The translations under genes were made by a program, and so were the position numbers. Shown piece after piece: positions 36,191 through 51,443 of a stretch of DNA of 64,000 bases (position 1 is its first letter; each line of letters starts with the position of its first letter). The stretch lies in contig NC_043015.1 of NCBI RefSeq assembly GCF_006345805.1, positions 29,884,001-29,948,000 on the forward strand. The letters are read 5' to 3'. The DNA comes from Octopus sinensis (taxonomy: Eukaryota). The notes below the pieces were generated by a model that was not told where the DNA came from, ran no database searches, and saw only the letters and a program-made list of their open reading frames with translations.

Positions 36191-36664
36191 CCCTTTCGAT
36201 ACCAATCCGGCTGAAACCGTCTCTGGCTCTGTATTACAAATGTCTTGTTTTCATAAGTTCTGAATTAAAATCTTCCACCAAATCTCAGTCACAATTTATG
36301 TTCCTAACACTGGCTTAATGATAACTAAGTTATTTTACTAAATTCTTTGTTAGATTTTAAGTAATTGAAAGAAACACAGAGCATCTCAAAATAAATACAG
36401 TAACAAAAGGGTTAAAATATATAATAGAGAAACAATTCTTAACCCTTTCATTACCAACCTGGCTGAAACCGCCTCTGGCTCTGTAGTACAAATGTCTCGT
36501 TTTCATAAGTTCTGAATTAAAATCTTCCAGAAACCTTGAACATAATTTATGTTCCTAACACTAGCTGAATGATAACTAAGTTATTTTACTAAATTCTTTG
36601 TTATCTCTAAAAATTAATCAAAAGAAGCACAGAGCATCTCAACAGAAATATGGTAATGAAAGGG
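36191..36664. mobile_element. Two direct copies of a piggyBac-type MITE (36191-36411 and 36443-36664)
   Basis: Copy 2 has perfect 14-bp TIRs ccctttcattacca/tggtaatgaaaggg and TTAA on both sides; copy 1 is a diverged sibling. Confidence 0.88.
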
Positions 36665-36819
36665 TTAAGTGTTCGTGTATCCCTAAACAGGGGATGTCAT
36701 AGTTTTAAAGCTGAACTTCTGAGTCTGTAAGCAAGTTTTGCCCTTAACTGGATTGTTTTGGGTTTTTTTCTCTCCCCCATCCCCTTTTATAACACCAGTA
36801 ATCCCATTTTTAGGAAGAT

Positions 36820-37195
36820 GTAAACAGCTTGCTTATGAACTACATGATTCCAGGTTCAGTCCCACTGTGTGGCACCTTGGGCAAGTGTCTTCTGCTATAG
36901 CCTCGGGCCGACCAAAGCCTTGTGAGTGGATTTGGTAGATGGAAACTGAAAGAAGCCTGTCGTATGTGTGTGTGTGTATATATATATATATGTATGTGTG
37001 TGTGTCCCAACATCGCTTAACAACCGATGGTGGTGAGTTAAGTCCCCGTTACTTAGCGGTTCAGCAAAGAGACTGATAGAATAAGTAAAAGGCATTCAAA
37101 GAATAAGTCCTGGGGTCGATTTGCTCGACTGAAGGCGGTGCTCCAGCATGGCCACAGTCAAATGACTGAAACATGTAAAAGAGTAAAGAGAGTCA
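36820..37195 (+). mobile_element. SINE family A
   Basis: B-box ggttcagtcccac through tail gactgaaacatgtaaaagagtaaag. Confidence 0.88.
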
Positions 37196-37544
37196 CAAAA
37201 TCTTATTCCCCATTTATTCATAAGTCTGTAGTCATTGGCCTGAATGACATCACCACCATCGTTGAACGTCCCTTTTTCCATGTCAGCATGGATTGGACAG
37301 TTTAACAGGAACTGATAAGGCAGAGGGCTGACCTGATCTTCAGTGACCGCTTTGACATGGTTTCTACAAAGAACTGGTTGCCCTTCTTGTCAATCATTTT
37401 ACAGAAATCTTTTTTTCGTGACACTGGCACTAGAGAGAGAAGTCATGTTCGTATTATCGTGTCCACACTAATCTAGTAGATCTAGAACCATTGGTAGTCT
37501 GATATTGACCACTCCCTCTTATTCAGCATAGTATAGTATCAAAA

Positions 37545-38090
37545 TCATATTCGATGACTGGCATCCGTGCTAGCAGGGTGCAAAGAGCACCATATGAGCG
37601 TGATCGTTGACAGAGCGGCTAACTGGCTTCTGTGCCAGTGGCACATAAAAGGCACCATTCGAGTGTGATCGTTACCAGCGTCACCTTACTAGCACTTGTG
37701 CCCATGCTAGTAGGGTGCCAAGAGCACCATCCGAGTGTGATCGTTGCCAGAGCAGCCAATTGGCTTCCGTACCAGTGGCACGTAAAAGGGCACCATTCGA
37801 GCATGATCGTTACCAACGTTGCCTTACTGGCACCTGTGCTGGTGGCACGTGTAAAAGGATTCGAGCGAGGTCATTGCCAGTAACGCCTGACTGGCCCCCA
37901 TGCCGGTGACACGTAAAAAGCACCCACTACACTCTCGGAGTGGTTGGTGCTAGGAAGGGCATCCAGCTGTAGAAACTCTGCCAGATCAAGATTGGAGCCT
38001 GGTGCAGCCATCTGGTTCGCCAGCCCTCAGTCAAAATCGTCCAACCCATGCTAGCATGGAAAGTGGACATTAAACGATGATGATGACTAC
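37545..38090 (+). mobile_element. Long family B (RTE 3'-UTR) copy with expanded internal repeats
   Basis: Multiple gcacca..cgagtgtgatcgtt..ccag units before the standard tail; a second short copy follows at 38110-38285. Confidence 0.8.
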
Positions 38091-38318
38091 ATCATCAATG
38101 TGCGTGTGAACCCATGCCAGTGCCGCATAAAAGCACCCAGTACACTCTGTAAAGTGGTTGGCATTAGGAAGGGTATCCTACCATAGAAACTGTGCCAAAA
38201 CAGACATGGAATCCAGGCCACCCAGCTTCTATCAAACCATCCATCCCACGCTAGCATGGAAAGCGGGCATTAAATGATGATGGAGTGTGTGTGTGTTGAA
38301 GAATGTGTTGCAGCTTGA

Positions 38319-38474
<156 letters not shown>

Positions 38475-38509
38475 TAACATTCAATCTACGTTTGTCTGCT
38501 CTCCTGTCT

Positions 38510-39105
<596 letters not shown>

Positions 39106-39229
39106 TAGTGGTGTATGGCTGCACACATGCGCATGCACACAGACACATGCACCGACCATCAACACGCACACAACTACACACTGACATGACGTGCAGCTCT
39201 CCTGGACGTGGAACGGAGACATATGTATG

Positions 39230-39382
39230 GATGCACACATACGCACACACACACACACTCATGCACACACACACTCATGCACACACACACACCATACTTG
39301 CGCATGTATGCACTCAAGCCTGCGTGCACTCACTTGCATAGAACACACCTGTGTACAAATACACACACACACACATGTATGC

Positions 39383-39426
<44 letters not shown>

Positions 39427-39605
39427 GTATACATATATACATATATATACATATATATACATATATACACATATATATACATACATACACATACACTCTT
39501 GTACATGCACACACACATACACACATCTATGCAAAATGCACACTTATATACACTCAAGCATATGCATATATGCTAACATCTGCATTCACACACATCCCAT
39601 ATATA

Positions 39606-39637
<32 letters not shown>

Positions 39638-39760
39638 GATGATGATGATATATACATACACATATCTTTTTACCATGTTTAAGTGTATGTATATGCACAC
39701 ACACTCATACACACACACGCAAATACGTACACATAATAATATATATATACCCACACGTCC
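39230..39760. repeat. (CA)/(TA) microsatellites in the proximal 3' region of the gene
   Basis: Visible arrays immediately after the stop codon region. Confidence 0.9.
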
Positions 39761-41756
39761 AGTCACATTAACTTACACTGGATGGTTTGCCCATTTTTAC
39801 ACATTCTTTCATAATGAGAGTTGAAAATTCATATTTTGATTTGTGTGTGCGTGTGTGTGTGTGCGTGTGTGTGTAATGTGCAGGCATGTGTGCGTGTGTG
39901 TGTGTGTATACATTAAACCATTTTGGGCTCAAAGCAAGCAAGGTGTTACATTTCCATCGTTCACACCAATTCTATTTCACGATATTATAATTATTATTAT
40001 TATTATATTATTATTATTATTATTTTTATTATTATTATTATTAAGGGCAGTGGAGTGTCAGACTTAATTAATACCTTGTGGTATTTAATTTACAACCCAT
40101 CAGGTTGCACTGAGGTCTGCTGGCTCTGTCTTACAGGATTGATAAGAAAAAAGTACCAGCCATCTACTGGGGTTGAATAAATCAGCTGTTTGCACCTCCC
40201 GCCGCCTCCCTACTCCTCAAAGAACTCTATGACCTTGTGCCTAAGTTTACAGACTCATTACTGGCGGAACCAACCGTTTTGAGTGTCAGACGAAATGCTT
40301 TTTGCAGCATTTGGTCGCAGCCTTTTACAGCTTGGTGGGGGTTTTTGGGGTTTTTTTTTTTTTTTTTTGAAATCTCTGGCCATGGTCAGCCTTGCCCTTT
40401 TTCATCATTCTGGCGTGGGGGGTCGATGAAGCAAAGTATCAATCGAGTACAGGAGGTGCGTGTGTGTGTAGAAGACAGGGAGGATGTCAACATAATCACC
40501 CAATGCACCACAACCTCCGCAAAATTTCTGGCCTTGTGCGCCCGCAGAAGAAATTGCATGTATTATTATTATGATTAAGAATGGTGGATGATAGAATCAG
40601 TAAGGTATGAGCCAAAATCCCTTGCAGTAAGTTCAAGTCTTGCCAGGGCTGGTAGAGTTAAAGTACCTGTCAGGTATTGATGTCAGTTTAATCAGTGTTT
40701 ATCTCCCCACCCCCATCCTCTTATAATAGAAATTATAATTTTTAGCTTTCTTTTAAAGTCTTTTTTTTTTTTTTTTAACTGGCCTCCATTTCTCGTGGAA
40801 ACCTTTACTTGGTCTTTCCACCCACAAAACATCATCACCCAAACTCCTCTTGGGGTGGCATTTTTGGGCTTCTGGATTTTTTTTTTTTTTTTTTTCTGAA
40901 TTTTCATTTAGATTCCACCTATGGAACATTCCTTGTTTTCATTTATTTTATTTTTATTTTTTTTTTTTTTTTTTTTCCTCAAAAATCTCCAGAAGGCAAA
41001 AATCTGTAAACACCTTGCTTCCACCCATTATTCCCACCCATTCTGGGTCCTTTCACATTGCTTTCAGCATTTCGTGATCTCATCTCATATCTCAACCCCA
41101 TTCTTCCTTTTTTTTTTTTTTTCTCCTTTCACCTCACCTGCTGTGAATTATGAATGTATGTGTGTGTGCATGCGTGTGTGTGTGTGTGTATGAGGACATT
41201 TTTTTCAATAACAACAAAGTAATCACTTAGGGGAAAAAAACATATATATATATATAATAATAATAATTAAAAGCCTGGATGGGTAAGGGGACATGATGAT
41301 GATGATGATGATGGTGGTGGTGTTTGTCATGGTTGAGTGAAAGTTCTTGCTGAAATTCAAAGATTTCATTAGAAAGAGAGAAAGAGAACAAGCCGTAAAA
41401 ATTAAACAGTAGAAATAATAACAACAACAACAACACTGTATCAAAGGTTATATTTTATTTTCCTAATCAAATATTGAAAAAAAAAACAAAAACAAAAAAA
41501 AAGGTGTTTCCACCCCTGCCTTGCCCTCCATCTCTGTGTGGGACAGTGGTGACCGTTTTGGTAGTGATGGTAGCGTTGGCTTAAACTTTGTTTGGCTATT
41601 ATAGATATTCCACCATGAGATGTTGAGAGGGAAAACGGAGCCTCTTTGGTTCTCGTTAGCAGCCTCATGTACTGTGCTTTTTATTTTATTTAAGTTTGCT
41701 CACAAGTTAGAATTACATTTAATTTAATGTAAAAAAAAACACTTTATAATATAAAT

Positions 41757-41775
41757 AATAAAAAAAAAGAATAAA
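41757..41775 (+). terminator. Candidate polyadenylation signals for the AMMECR1 transcript
   Basis: Two AATAAA hexamers (41757-62, 41770-75) after an AT-rich non-repeat stretch. An earlier AATAAA at 40176 inside a decayed SINE is an alternative. No transcript evidence. Confidence 0.25.
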
Positions 41776-42372
41776 AGCAATTACTTGCCAAGCTCATCAT
41801 CATCATCAATGTCACCATCACCATCATCATCATCATTTTCTCCTTCTCCTCCTCCTCTCTGATTGGACTGGCAAGACCATTATTGATTACATAAGTCTTC
41901 GATTTCTTTGTAGATGACTGAATGAGTGTGTGTGTGTATTGGAGTGTGTCTTAGTGGTAGTGCTTGTTCAACTTTTCATGCATCCAACCTGCCACACTCT
42001 TAGCTTCCTCTGTGTGTATGTAACTTGCCTGTCTCATCTGCCAGCACATTATAAGGATGGAGAGATCCTCTTCCACTCCGGATATGGACTTTCAGAGTTT
42101 CCCAAAGGTTCCTTCACCCTTCAAAAACATCGCTTACAGGCCAGACCCTTTCTTCTTCTTCACGTTGGCTGTTGGGTTGTCTCAAAACTGCTTCCCCATC
42201 GGAAATCCGCTGACTGCAAACTTCCTCCTGTTGCATCAGGTTTGGTTCAGGCCCTCATTGATCTGTTGCCATACCATTAGAGAAAAGACAGAATGAAATG
42301 GGTCTTTTCTCCACCTCTTTTCTGTAACACTAAGGTTTTGACATACTTATGCAAAAATTATTATTACTATTA

Positions 42373-43290
42373 TTGCAGCGAGCTGGCAGAATTGTTAGGG
42401 TGTTGGATAAAGTGCTTGGTGGCATTTTTTTCCAGTTTTGTGTTCTGTGTTCAAATTCCACTAAGGTAAAAATTTACCTTTCACCCCTTTCGGGGTTGAT
42501 AAAGTAAATTACCAGTCAAGCACTGGGGTTGATGTAATGGGCTAGCTCCCCTTCCCCCAAAAATTTCTGGCCTTGTGCCTATAATAGAAAGGATAAAGTG
42601 GTGAGCTAGCAGAATTGTTAGCATGCCAGGCAAAATGCTTGGCAGTATTTCATCTGTCGCTACGTTCTGAGTTCAAATTCCGCCATGGTTGACTCTTCCT
42701 TTTATTCTTTTGGGGGGTCAATAAAATAAGTACCAGTTGCATATTGGGGTCGATGTAGTTGACTAGTGCCCCGTCCCAAAACTTCAGGCCTTGTGCCTTG
42801 AGTAGAAAGGATTATTATTATTACTGTAAGAAGGAGAACAACAACAGTGGATTGACCAGATTATTGGAGTGTTGGACAAAGGTACCTTGTGTTACGATCT
42901 TTTATGCGCTCTGAGTCCAAAACCTGCCAAGCTCAGCTTAGCTTTTCAAACCTTGTGGAGGTTGATAATATAGAGTACTTGTGAAGTACTGAGTTCAGTA
43001 TAATCAGCTTTCTATCTTGTCGAAGAATGATCCTTATTATTCAGGCAACATCAGTGATAGCCAAGATGGTAGTGAGCTAAACTTAATGCTGTGTGGCATT
43101 AGGATTTGGACCTTTTAGTCCCGAGTTCAAATCCTACCCGCAATGGAATGTTGCTTTTCATGCCTCTGAGGTTAATAAAAAAACAAAAAAACATGTGACC
43201 ATATTTTTGAGTTGATTCAACCAACCATACCTATCCTCTACAAATTACAACAACAACAACAACAATAATAATAACAATGGCCTTGAGCCT
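42373..43290 (+). mobile_element. Head-to-tail array of about 4 family C SINEs of different ages
   Basis: Each has gagct(g/a)gcagaa head, gagttcaaa B-box, ccttt...gataaa..gtaccag core and ggccttgtgcc tail. Confidence 0.8.
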
Positions 43291-44679
43291 AATAAAAAAT
43301 ATCATCAAAGCAGGCATTGTGGTATAATTCTAAGCAAATCAATTCTGTGACCCTGGTTTCAATCCCCAGGCTCAACTATTTTGTACAAATGTCGTTGACG
43401 CTTGTTGGGGAAAAGCTTAAAAGGTCACAACTTCAGATATCTGACCTCTCTTCCCAAACCTTATTTCCCATAAAGTCTGAAAAGTTCTTGTCTCTACTCT
43501 AAAAAAAATTTTAAAAAAAGAAAAGAGAAAGAAAGAAAAAAACAGTTTCTAATCAGAGGAACATTGTTGAAACGGAGAAAGAGTAGGAGTAGAAGTTGTT
43601 GTGTGACAGCTTGCGTAGACATAGCTGTGTGGTTGAGGAATTTGGATTGCAACAATGTGGTACCTCTGGGTTCACTGTACGTATGTCTTCGGTGTATATA
43701 AAATAAGTTGCGTCTAGATGTGTGTTTTTTATGAGTGGTGGGGGGAGAACAAAATTGGTACGTTTGAACAGAAATGCCCCAAGGTGTGTTTTTTAGCTGA
43801 TCTGATTGGTCTTCTTAAAAGTTCCATATCGTATGAGATTGATGAAATGAGTCTCTGACAAAAATCCTGGAATCAGTATGACTTAAAGCCCCTGAAAAAT
43901 AGTACTCCAGCATGACCAGTCTCTACTGACTGAAACCATTTAACAAAAAAACATACACAAGTATACTGATCCAGGTCCTTGTTAGTTTAACCCCCAGCTC
44001 AACCTTGATTGAGCCGACCTGCAATGATCAGAGATATTTAAACCTTGATCATTGCCATTGTTTATAAGGTATAGTGTAACTAAGGCTACATTATCCAAGA
44101 TTCCTCCACCCCTTTTTTTTTTTTTTAAGGCAGTTGAGATTTTTAGGGTTTTAGTTGTTATTTCTAGCAAGCAACCATGTAGTGACCTCCTTGTTAAATC
44201 CTCGTGACAGTGATGGGTGATTTGTTACTTTTACTTAAAGGCAGCAGAGTAATTAAGGAAGGGTAGCAGTGAATTGTAGAAGTGACTGAGAGGTTATAGT
44301 GTGGCGTGAGACAGCCAGCCAGCCTCGTAGCTAGGGGTTTTGAGTTCAAACTACAACAGAATAATTTTATTATGTTATTGTGCATACATGAGATGTCGTG
44401 TACAGGCAGTAGATCAGAGGGTAGCGTAAGCCCTAGGAAATGGTGTGCTATCCAGGATCAGGTTTACTCTTCTTCCACTCAGTGCCATAGAAATAAGCGC
44501 CAAATCTGTTCCCCATCCCGACCCTGTCGCACTCTGTAACCGTTCCCTGTATCTTCATTTTCATTTATGTCAGACGTTATAACATCCTTCATCAGGAAGT
44601 GAATTCATCATTTCTTCCACACCAAAATCTCACCATGGGCCATGCCCAAGAAATGAAATCCAAACAGTTTGATAATGCA

Positions 44680-45730
44680 CGTCTGTCTTCACGTTCTGAG
44701 TTCAAATTCCACTGAGGTCGACTTTGCCTTTCATCCTTGTGGGACTGATAAAAATTAAGTAACAGCTGAGCACTGGGGTTCAATGTATGACTCACCCCGC
44801 CCCCGAAATTGCTGGCCTTGTGCCTATAGTAGAAAGGATTATTATTAGATGAGTTGGTAGAATCATTAGCAATGCTGGCCAAAGTGCTTTGCATCATTTC
44901 TTCCAACTCATTAGATTCTGAGTTCAAATTCTGCTGGAATCAATTTTGCCTTTCATCCTTTCAAGGTTGATAAATTGAAGGACCAGTCAAGCACTGGAAT
45001 TGATGTAACCGACTGTTCCCCTTCGCCATAAAATTACTGGCTTTGTGCCAAAATTTGAAAAATAATTATCAAGGCAGCAAATTGGCAGAATCGTTAGCAT
45101 GTTGGGTAAAAACGCTTAGCAGCATCTCATCTGTTTTTACATTCTGAGTTCAAATTCTGCCGAGGTCAACTTTGCCTTTCATCCCTTTCAGGGTTGATGT
45201 AATTGACTGACCCCATCCCCTGAAATTGCTGGCCATGTGCCAAAATTTCAAACCATCATCATCATTATTATTTTTATTATTATTATTATTATTTATGGTG
45301 AATTGAGTGAATCGTTAAAACATTGGACAAAATGCCCCAAAGGCATTTGTTGTGGATCTTATGGTCTGCATTCAAACCTGACTGAGGTCAGCTCTTTTTT
45401 TTTTTTCACCCTTACAAGGTGCTAAATCATAAGATACCAGTCGAGTACTGGGGTTGATGTTATCAACTAACCCCCTCCCCTCAAAACTGTTGGCCTCTTT
45501 ACCTAAATCAGAAGCAATTATTTCAAAGTGGTGGTTTGTGGCAAAACTTTTAAAGAATTTAGGGTTGGGGAAAAAAAAATGTTTTGCAACATTTGTTTGT
45601 GGCTCTTTATGAGTCTAAACCCTGCCATGGTTAATTTTACATTTTATCCCTCAGTGGAATGGGGGTGGGGTCAATGTAATCAATTACTCCTCCCGCTTCA
45701 AATTTCGGCTTTGTGCCTGTATTAGAAACA
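44680..45730 (+). mobile_element. Head-to-tail array of about 5 family C SINEs
   Basis: Same blocks repeated, separated by (ATT)n tails. Confidence 0.85.
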
Positions 45731-47366
45731 AATATGGTTATTGTGGATAATGTCCAAAAAAAAAAAAATAGTAACTACCTGTTTGATGGTGTAAAAGACA
45801 CACAGGTACGTTAGATGCATCCTGATTATCAGGTAAAAAAAAAAAAAAAAAAAGGTTTTTAGTGCATTATATCAATAGGCCCAACTTCATGTTTAGGACC
45901 AAGAGGGTTTTTTTTTTTTTTTTTTTTAATAGACATTCTTTTGGGGGGTAAGAAAAGGTGTATCTTGTAAACTATCAACTGTGGTGGTGTTGTTTCCATG
46001 TATTTGTTCATATATTAATGGATTGGAATAACTTTTAGACCAGCAGGAAGGTTGGTATTTTGTTGTTTGTTTTTGTTTTTATTTGCAATTTATTCTTTGT
46101 TTAAACTTCAGTATCAACAGCTTTGACGGTGGTGATGGTGGTGGTGTTTGTATTTAGTTGATCCTTGAGGGGAGCCTGTCACAGATGAATTCTATAAGGC
46201 CCTATAATTTTGTGTGCATGTGAGTGTATGAAATTGAATCCAACTTACTTGTTGGAGCTGTCTGTAGGTAATTAATTATAGCTCTCAGCATGGATTTTGG
46301 GGTCGTAAATTAGTGTATTTCTAGACTTGAAAACTATGGGATAGTTAAGTGTGTGTGTGTGCATGTACATACACACATGCATGTACATACACACATACAC
46401 ACAGGGTAATTCAAAATGAACGGTACAAAATGAAAATGTATCTGTGAGTGTATAGTAAGGAATATATTGCAAAGACACAGATGTAACATGAAAGGTTAAC
46501 TCTTCAACTTTCTACCGACAGTCACAGATGTCCAGCGTGGGTGCCCTTTGCCAACTGGGAGAGTTAACCTGTCAGGTTACATACATATTTTAGCTATTTA
46601 TTCATTGCAGCACTGACAGGTATATTTTTTTTTTGTACCATTTATTTTGAATTACCTTGTATGTGTGTATGTATATATACATTTTTATATGTGCGTGTGT
46701 GTGTGTATATATATAATGTGCAAGTATCCATCTTCAACTGAGATGTCTTTTGCCATCCTGTGCGAGATGTTTCTGTCCTCCATTTGCTTTGGTGGGTCCT
46801 CAATTTCATGTTTTGTGTAAAATTTAGTGATCCTTCTTTCCCTATTAGGGTGTGGAAGTCTCTAAAATATCACATCTGATATGACCTTTCCTGCACAAAA
46901 TTATTGGCCAGCTTTTGACAACTATAGTAGGAATTAGTGGAATATGCCCATATGATATCCTTTGTATTGAGTTTTTCTCTTCATTGAACTTACTAACCAT
47001 AATTCACACATACACATACACACACAAGTGTATGTGTATAAAATGGAAAATACTTTCAAATTCTTACTAACATTATAAAAAAATATAACCAAGTACTGTG
47101 TGTTTACTAACCATACCATTAACTCATTGCCGTGATCTCAAACCTGGATCTCTACTATCCTCAATATATATACACGTAGAACCATAAAACAACACATCTT
47201 CTCTGAGAGTGTGTGTATGTGTGTGTGTGCGTGTACAGAGAGAGAGTGAACTGAGAATGCTTCAAAATTTAATCACAACTGTCCAGTTTCATGCATACTA
47301 TTTTCTGTGTGTTCAATATAAAACACTTTTGTAAGTGTTATCTATCTATCTATCTCTATCTATCTA

Positions 47367-47404
<38 letters not shown>

Positions 47405-47407
<3 letters not shown>

Positions 47408-47660
47408 CACCAAGTAAGTTAGGGGTTGTGGATCCAACCCACTGAGGGATAATACTTATCCAATATACTGTTGGTATAATACCCAAATTATTAATGCACA
47501 AGTGTTTTTAATTGCAATGCAATTAACTTACTTATTGTATTAAATGGGGGAAAGTAAAGAAATATTTTAGCATTAATTTATAATACAAATAAGAAAATGG
47601 AGAAAGAATTTAGTTGGTTCATCAGCTTTAGGATAATTAGAATGTTGACTTATTTATTTA
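47405..47660. mobile_element. (TA)n-adjacent element, empty-site sibling of 15553-16204
   Basis: Colinear match lacking the 15606-15822 LINE insert. Confidence 0.75.
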
Positions 47661-49455
47661 TTTAACAAAACGAGAACCATAATAACGTACAATATATACA
47701 ATTTATAACTTGATGCTTCTGAGTAATTTTTTCTTTTTGGGTGATTTCAGCTCCAAATATTATATATTGGTAGGTAGATAGATACAATAAGCCAGGTATG
47801 TTTTGCTGTCCTCTCTGCAGCCCTTCCGTTTCTATATACTCACAACTACTACTACTACTGGCAGCAATCTTCATTAGGATGTACAGTAACTGTGGAACGG
47901 CCATCAAACATAAGACTCTCACCTGCCGTTCTCTTAAAGTTCCATTGTCTAAGAATGCAGATCTCTACCCCCGCTTCTTCGCTTCATAAGGGAGCTGTTT
48001 CAATATGTTGCTGCACTCTTTGCAGACGGCCCTGTGTAGCTGTGGCTGCTGCTGTTATTGCACAGCTGTATAGCTACTTCTATTATACCTCTCTATCTCT
48101 CTATCTCTCCTTTTCTCTCTCGTTTTATCTTGGGTTACCTTTCTGCCACTTTCTGATGATTTTTATTTTAGAGGCTGGCAGAAATTAAATAACCTCTGAC
48201 TCCTTTTTTTAATGAGAGATTACCACTTTTGAGAGAATGATTTACCACATGAACAAGACCAAAAATTCTGTTTGGTCTTTCAATCCTCTTCAACTTGTCG
48301 AAGATACTCCGGCAGGTTTTAGATTCTAGTTACACAGGAGAACAGACACCTTTGTCCCTTTATCAATTAACCCCACCCCACCCCACAATTCCAAGTAGGA
48401 CATCCCAATTATTGCACTCTTTTACTCTCCTCTCTCCTTTTTTTCTTTTATTTTCTTGTTCTTTTAATTTTTAATCTTTGTTATAATTAGACTTTTAATT
48501 TATAAATGAAAAATACTTGATTTCAGTTATTTTGTAGAAGAGAGAGAAAGAATATGATAGTATTGATGATTGCATAGGTGTGTATATGAATGTGTGTGCG
48601 CGTGAAGACAAGATTTCTTTTTTTTTCTGTTTTTTTTTTTTTTTATAAAAATAAAAAAAGTAATGATGTGGTTAACTGAGTCCCCTTTCAGCACAACCAC
48701 TATCTGATTTTGTAAAGGTACAAAACTGTCCCCTTTAGTTGTCTTTGTTCTTTATACATTCTCAACTGAACTGATTTGAATAATGTAAAACTAGAGAGAG
48801 AGAGGAATGAGAACCAGATTGCTCCTTCTCTCTCTCTCTCCGCCTCTCCTTCCACACAGTCTTGCATTCACTCACCTATAAACATTTTTTTTTGTATGCC
48901 TCTGTGTGTGTGTGTACATGTAAAAGTATGTTTTCTCTATAGATATACACACATTAGTTTTGTATGTTGTTTATTTGAATTAAGGTCAAGTGCTGTTTTA
49001 TTGAAAGCTCTCCTCTTGACCAACTAATTTTGCTTGTCACCAATTGTACGATTGTACTGTACGCTTTGACCATGGCTACTAACCATCTGCTTGACCTGTG
49101 GCGAGCCCAGACAGGTTCTGTGAATTATGAACACCCTGTCTTTGTTTCCTCACACTCCAGCACAGAAACAAATATGTCCAATGATAAAACAATGATTGAT
49201 GATGAAAATATGTCAATAAATTTATCTCTTTCACTCCTTTATATATATATATATATATATATGTATATGTATGTATGTATGTATATTGGCTTTAGATGAG
49301 TTGCAGTATTATCTGTATTTCCTTCTCTCTCTCTTTCTCTTGTTCAAACATAGGATAGTCTGTAGGCAGTGGGGGTCATGCTACATCATTTGTAACTCCA
49401 CATTCAGTTATACAAGACAACAACTGTGGCGACACCTACAATAATATCAATAGCA

Positions 49456-49715
49456 GTTGATATCTCGGTTATATACTGATTTATTGGCCACATGTTGATA
49501 TCTCGGTTATATACTGATTTATTGGCCACATGTTGATATCTGTTATATACTGATTTATTGGCCACATGTTGATATCTCAGTTATATACTGATATATTAGC
49601 TACATGTTGATATCTGGATTTTATACCAGTATACACAGGTAATATGGGCCATATGCTGATATCTCCGTTATCTGCTGTGTTGGCCACATGCCGATCTCTT
49701 TCTTATATGCTGATG
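49456..49715. repeat. 38-bp minisatellite, about 7 progressively decaying copies
   Basis: Unit gttgatatctcggttatatactgatttattggccacat. Confidence 0.9.
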
Positions 49716-51410
49716 TCTACAAACTATAGGCCTTTACATTCTGAGTTCAAAATCCACTGAGGTCAACTTTACCTTTTGTCCTTTTAGGGGGTCAATGTAG
49801 TAAGTAACAGTTAAACACTGGGACCCAATAGAAGTGACTGGCCCCTTCCCTCAAAATTTCGGGCCTTGTGCCTATAGCTGCATAGATTATGATACTCATA
49901 TGTAGTACAGCTTTTAAAAGACAGATAGGCTTTGCACCACTGGTCAGGTACCATATTTGTGTATCTAAAGTATTTTCCCCGTTTCTGGTTTTAAATCCGT
50001 GCCATATTTAATATAATTTTGTTCGATATTCTCCTCGCTAGACTATGGAGCTAGGTTTGCGTTGTTTCAGTGATTGTGTAGGATGTAATTGATGCTTGCA
50101 ATATATGAGACCTGAGCATCAAGCATGACTCAAAGCTACAAAGTATTGGATGAAAGCTGAGTGCGTACACGGGGACACAAACACACACGGGGACACACAT
50201 GATTAAAAGTACTTCAGGCAATGATTATTCACTCTTTTTGTATATCCAGCACTATATTACATAATTTTTTTCCATTTTTAAGACATTGGGGAGTGTATTG
50301 TGGAGGAGATTTGGCTGCTATTTTTAGCAGATTGTGACAATGTAAAAGCAAACTTTTTCATTGGCCCAATTTTCCATTGTTGATGTTATTTCACTTATAC
50401 TGATAAAAATTAAAAAAAAAAAAAAATCCTCCATCACATTCTAAGGTAATAATTTCAGGAACCAAATTTCCCCTAAATCCACCAACAAAATGAATTTTTT
50501 GGTGCTAAATTCTTCTTTCTCCAATTTTATTTATGTTTTGTTTTTTTTTGTGTTTATATTTTTTTTAATTCTTCATTTGAACTTATTTTTGCTTCATTTT
50601 CTGTTTCATCCTCCTCTTCACCCCACTGTGACCACGTGGCTATTTGCCCACAGTCAAACACCATACAATGTTCACATGATTCCCACCCCATCTCCCAAAA
50701 TGTATTATTATTATTATTATTACCAAATATACTGTTTCCTTTCTCTCCTTATTTTTATTTATTTATATTAAATAATATTCTACAATTTATATTAGTTTTG
50801 TGCCATATTTCAAACATCTTTTCCTTTTCTTTTTTTTTATTCTTAATACATTCTTCTAATCCCACTTGAAGTTAACTTTGCCATTCGTCCTTCTGGGTCA
50901 ACCGAAACCAACTCACCCCCTGCCAAACCACCCCCAATCCCACCACCTATCTTCATTCCAAAAATATTTGGCCTTGTCCCTCTCTGTAAGAAACGATCTT
51001 CTTACTTTCTAAAGTCTTTACTTTCAGTTGTCAACAAAATAAAATACCAGTCAAATACTGGGGTCCTTACATCTCCTCCCTCAAATTTATGGCCTTGTGC
51101 TACCTATCTTGTTTTGTTTTGTTTTGTTTTGTTTTTTTATTGTTGTGACATATTATGGTGCAAAGATCGGCAGGGGATAAACGGTCAATGAATCACCACC
51201 AACATGAACTAGTTTGAATTCGCAGTTGACCGTTAGTTCATTTGTATTACAGATGACCCTAGTGATAATAATAATAATAATAATAATAATATGCTGAGAG
51301 CGCTAAGTAAATTTATTCCTCTTGATAAATGTCATTGAGTTGGATGGGAGATGAAAGAAGTTTTCCATAAGCTGTGTGTGTGTGTGTGTGTGTGTGTTTA
51401 TATATGATTA

Positions 51411-51443
<33 letters not shown>

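Noticed and set aside
41930-42296. GC-richer stretch with two overlapping ORFs
   Set aside because: No recognisable protein; the minus strand only faintly suggests a decayed LINE C-terminus, too weak to call.
44540-44600. Minus-strand CTGATGA...GAAA with a small hairpin
   Set aside because: Ten unpaired extra bases before GAAA and no UH cleavage triplet before stem I.
48150-48190. CTGATGA followed by GAAA about 21 nt later
   Set aside because: No stem II or stem I complementarity.
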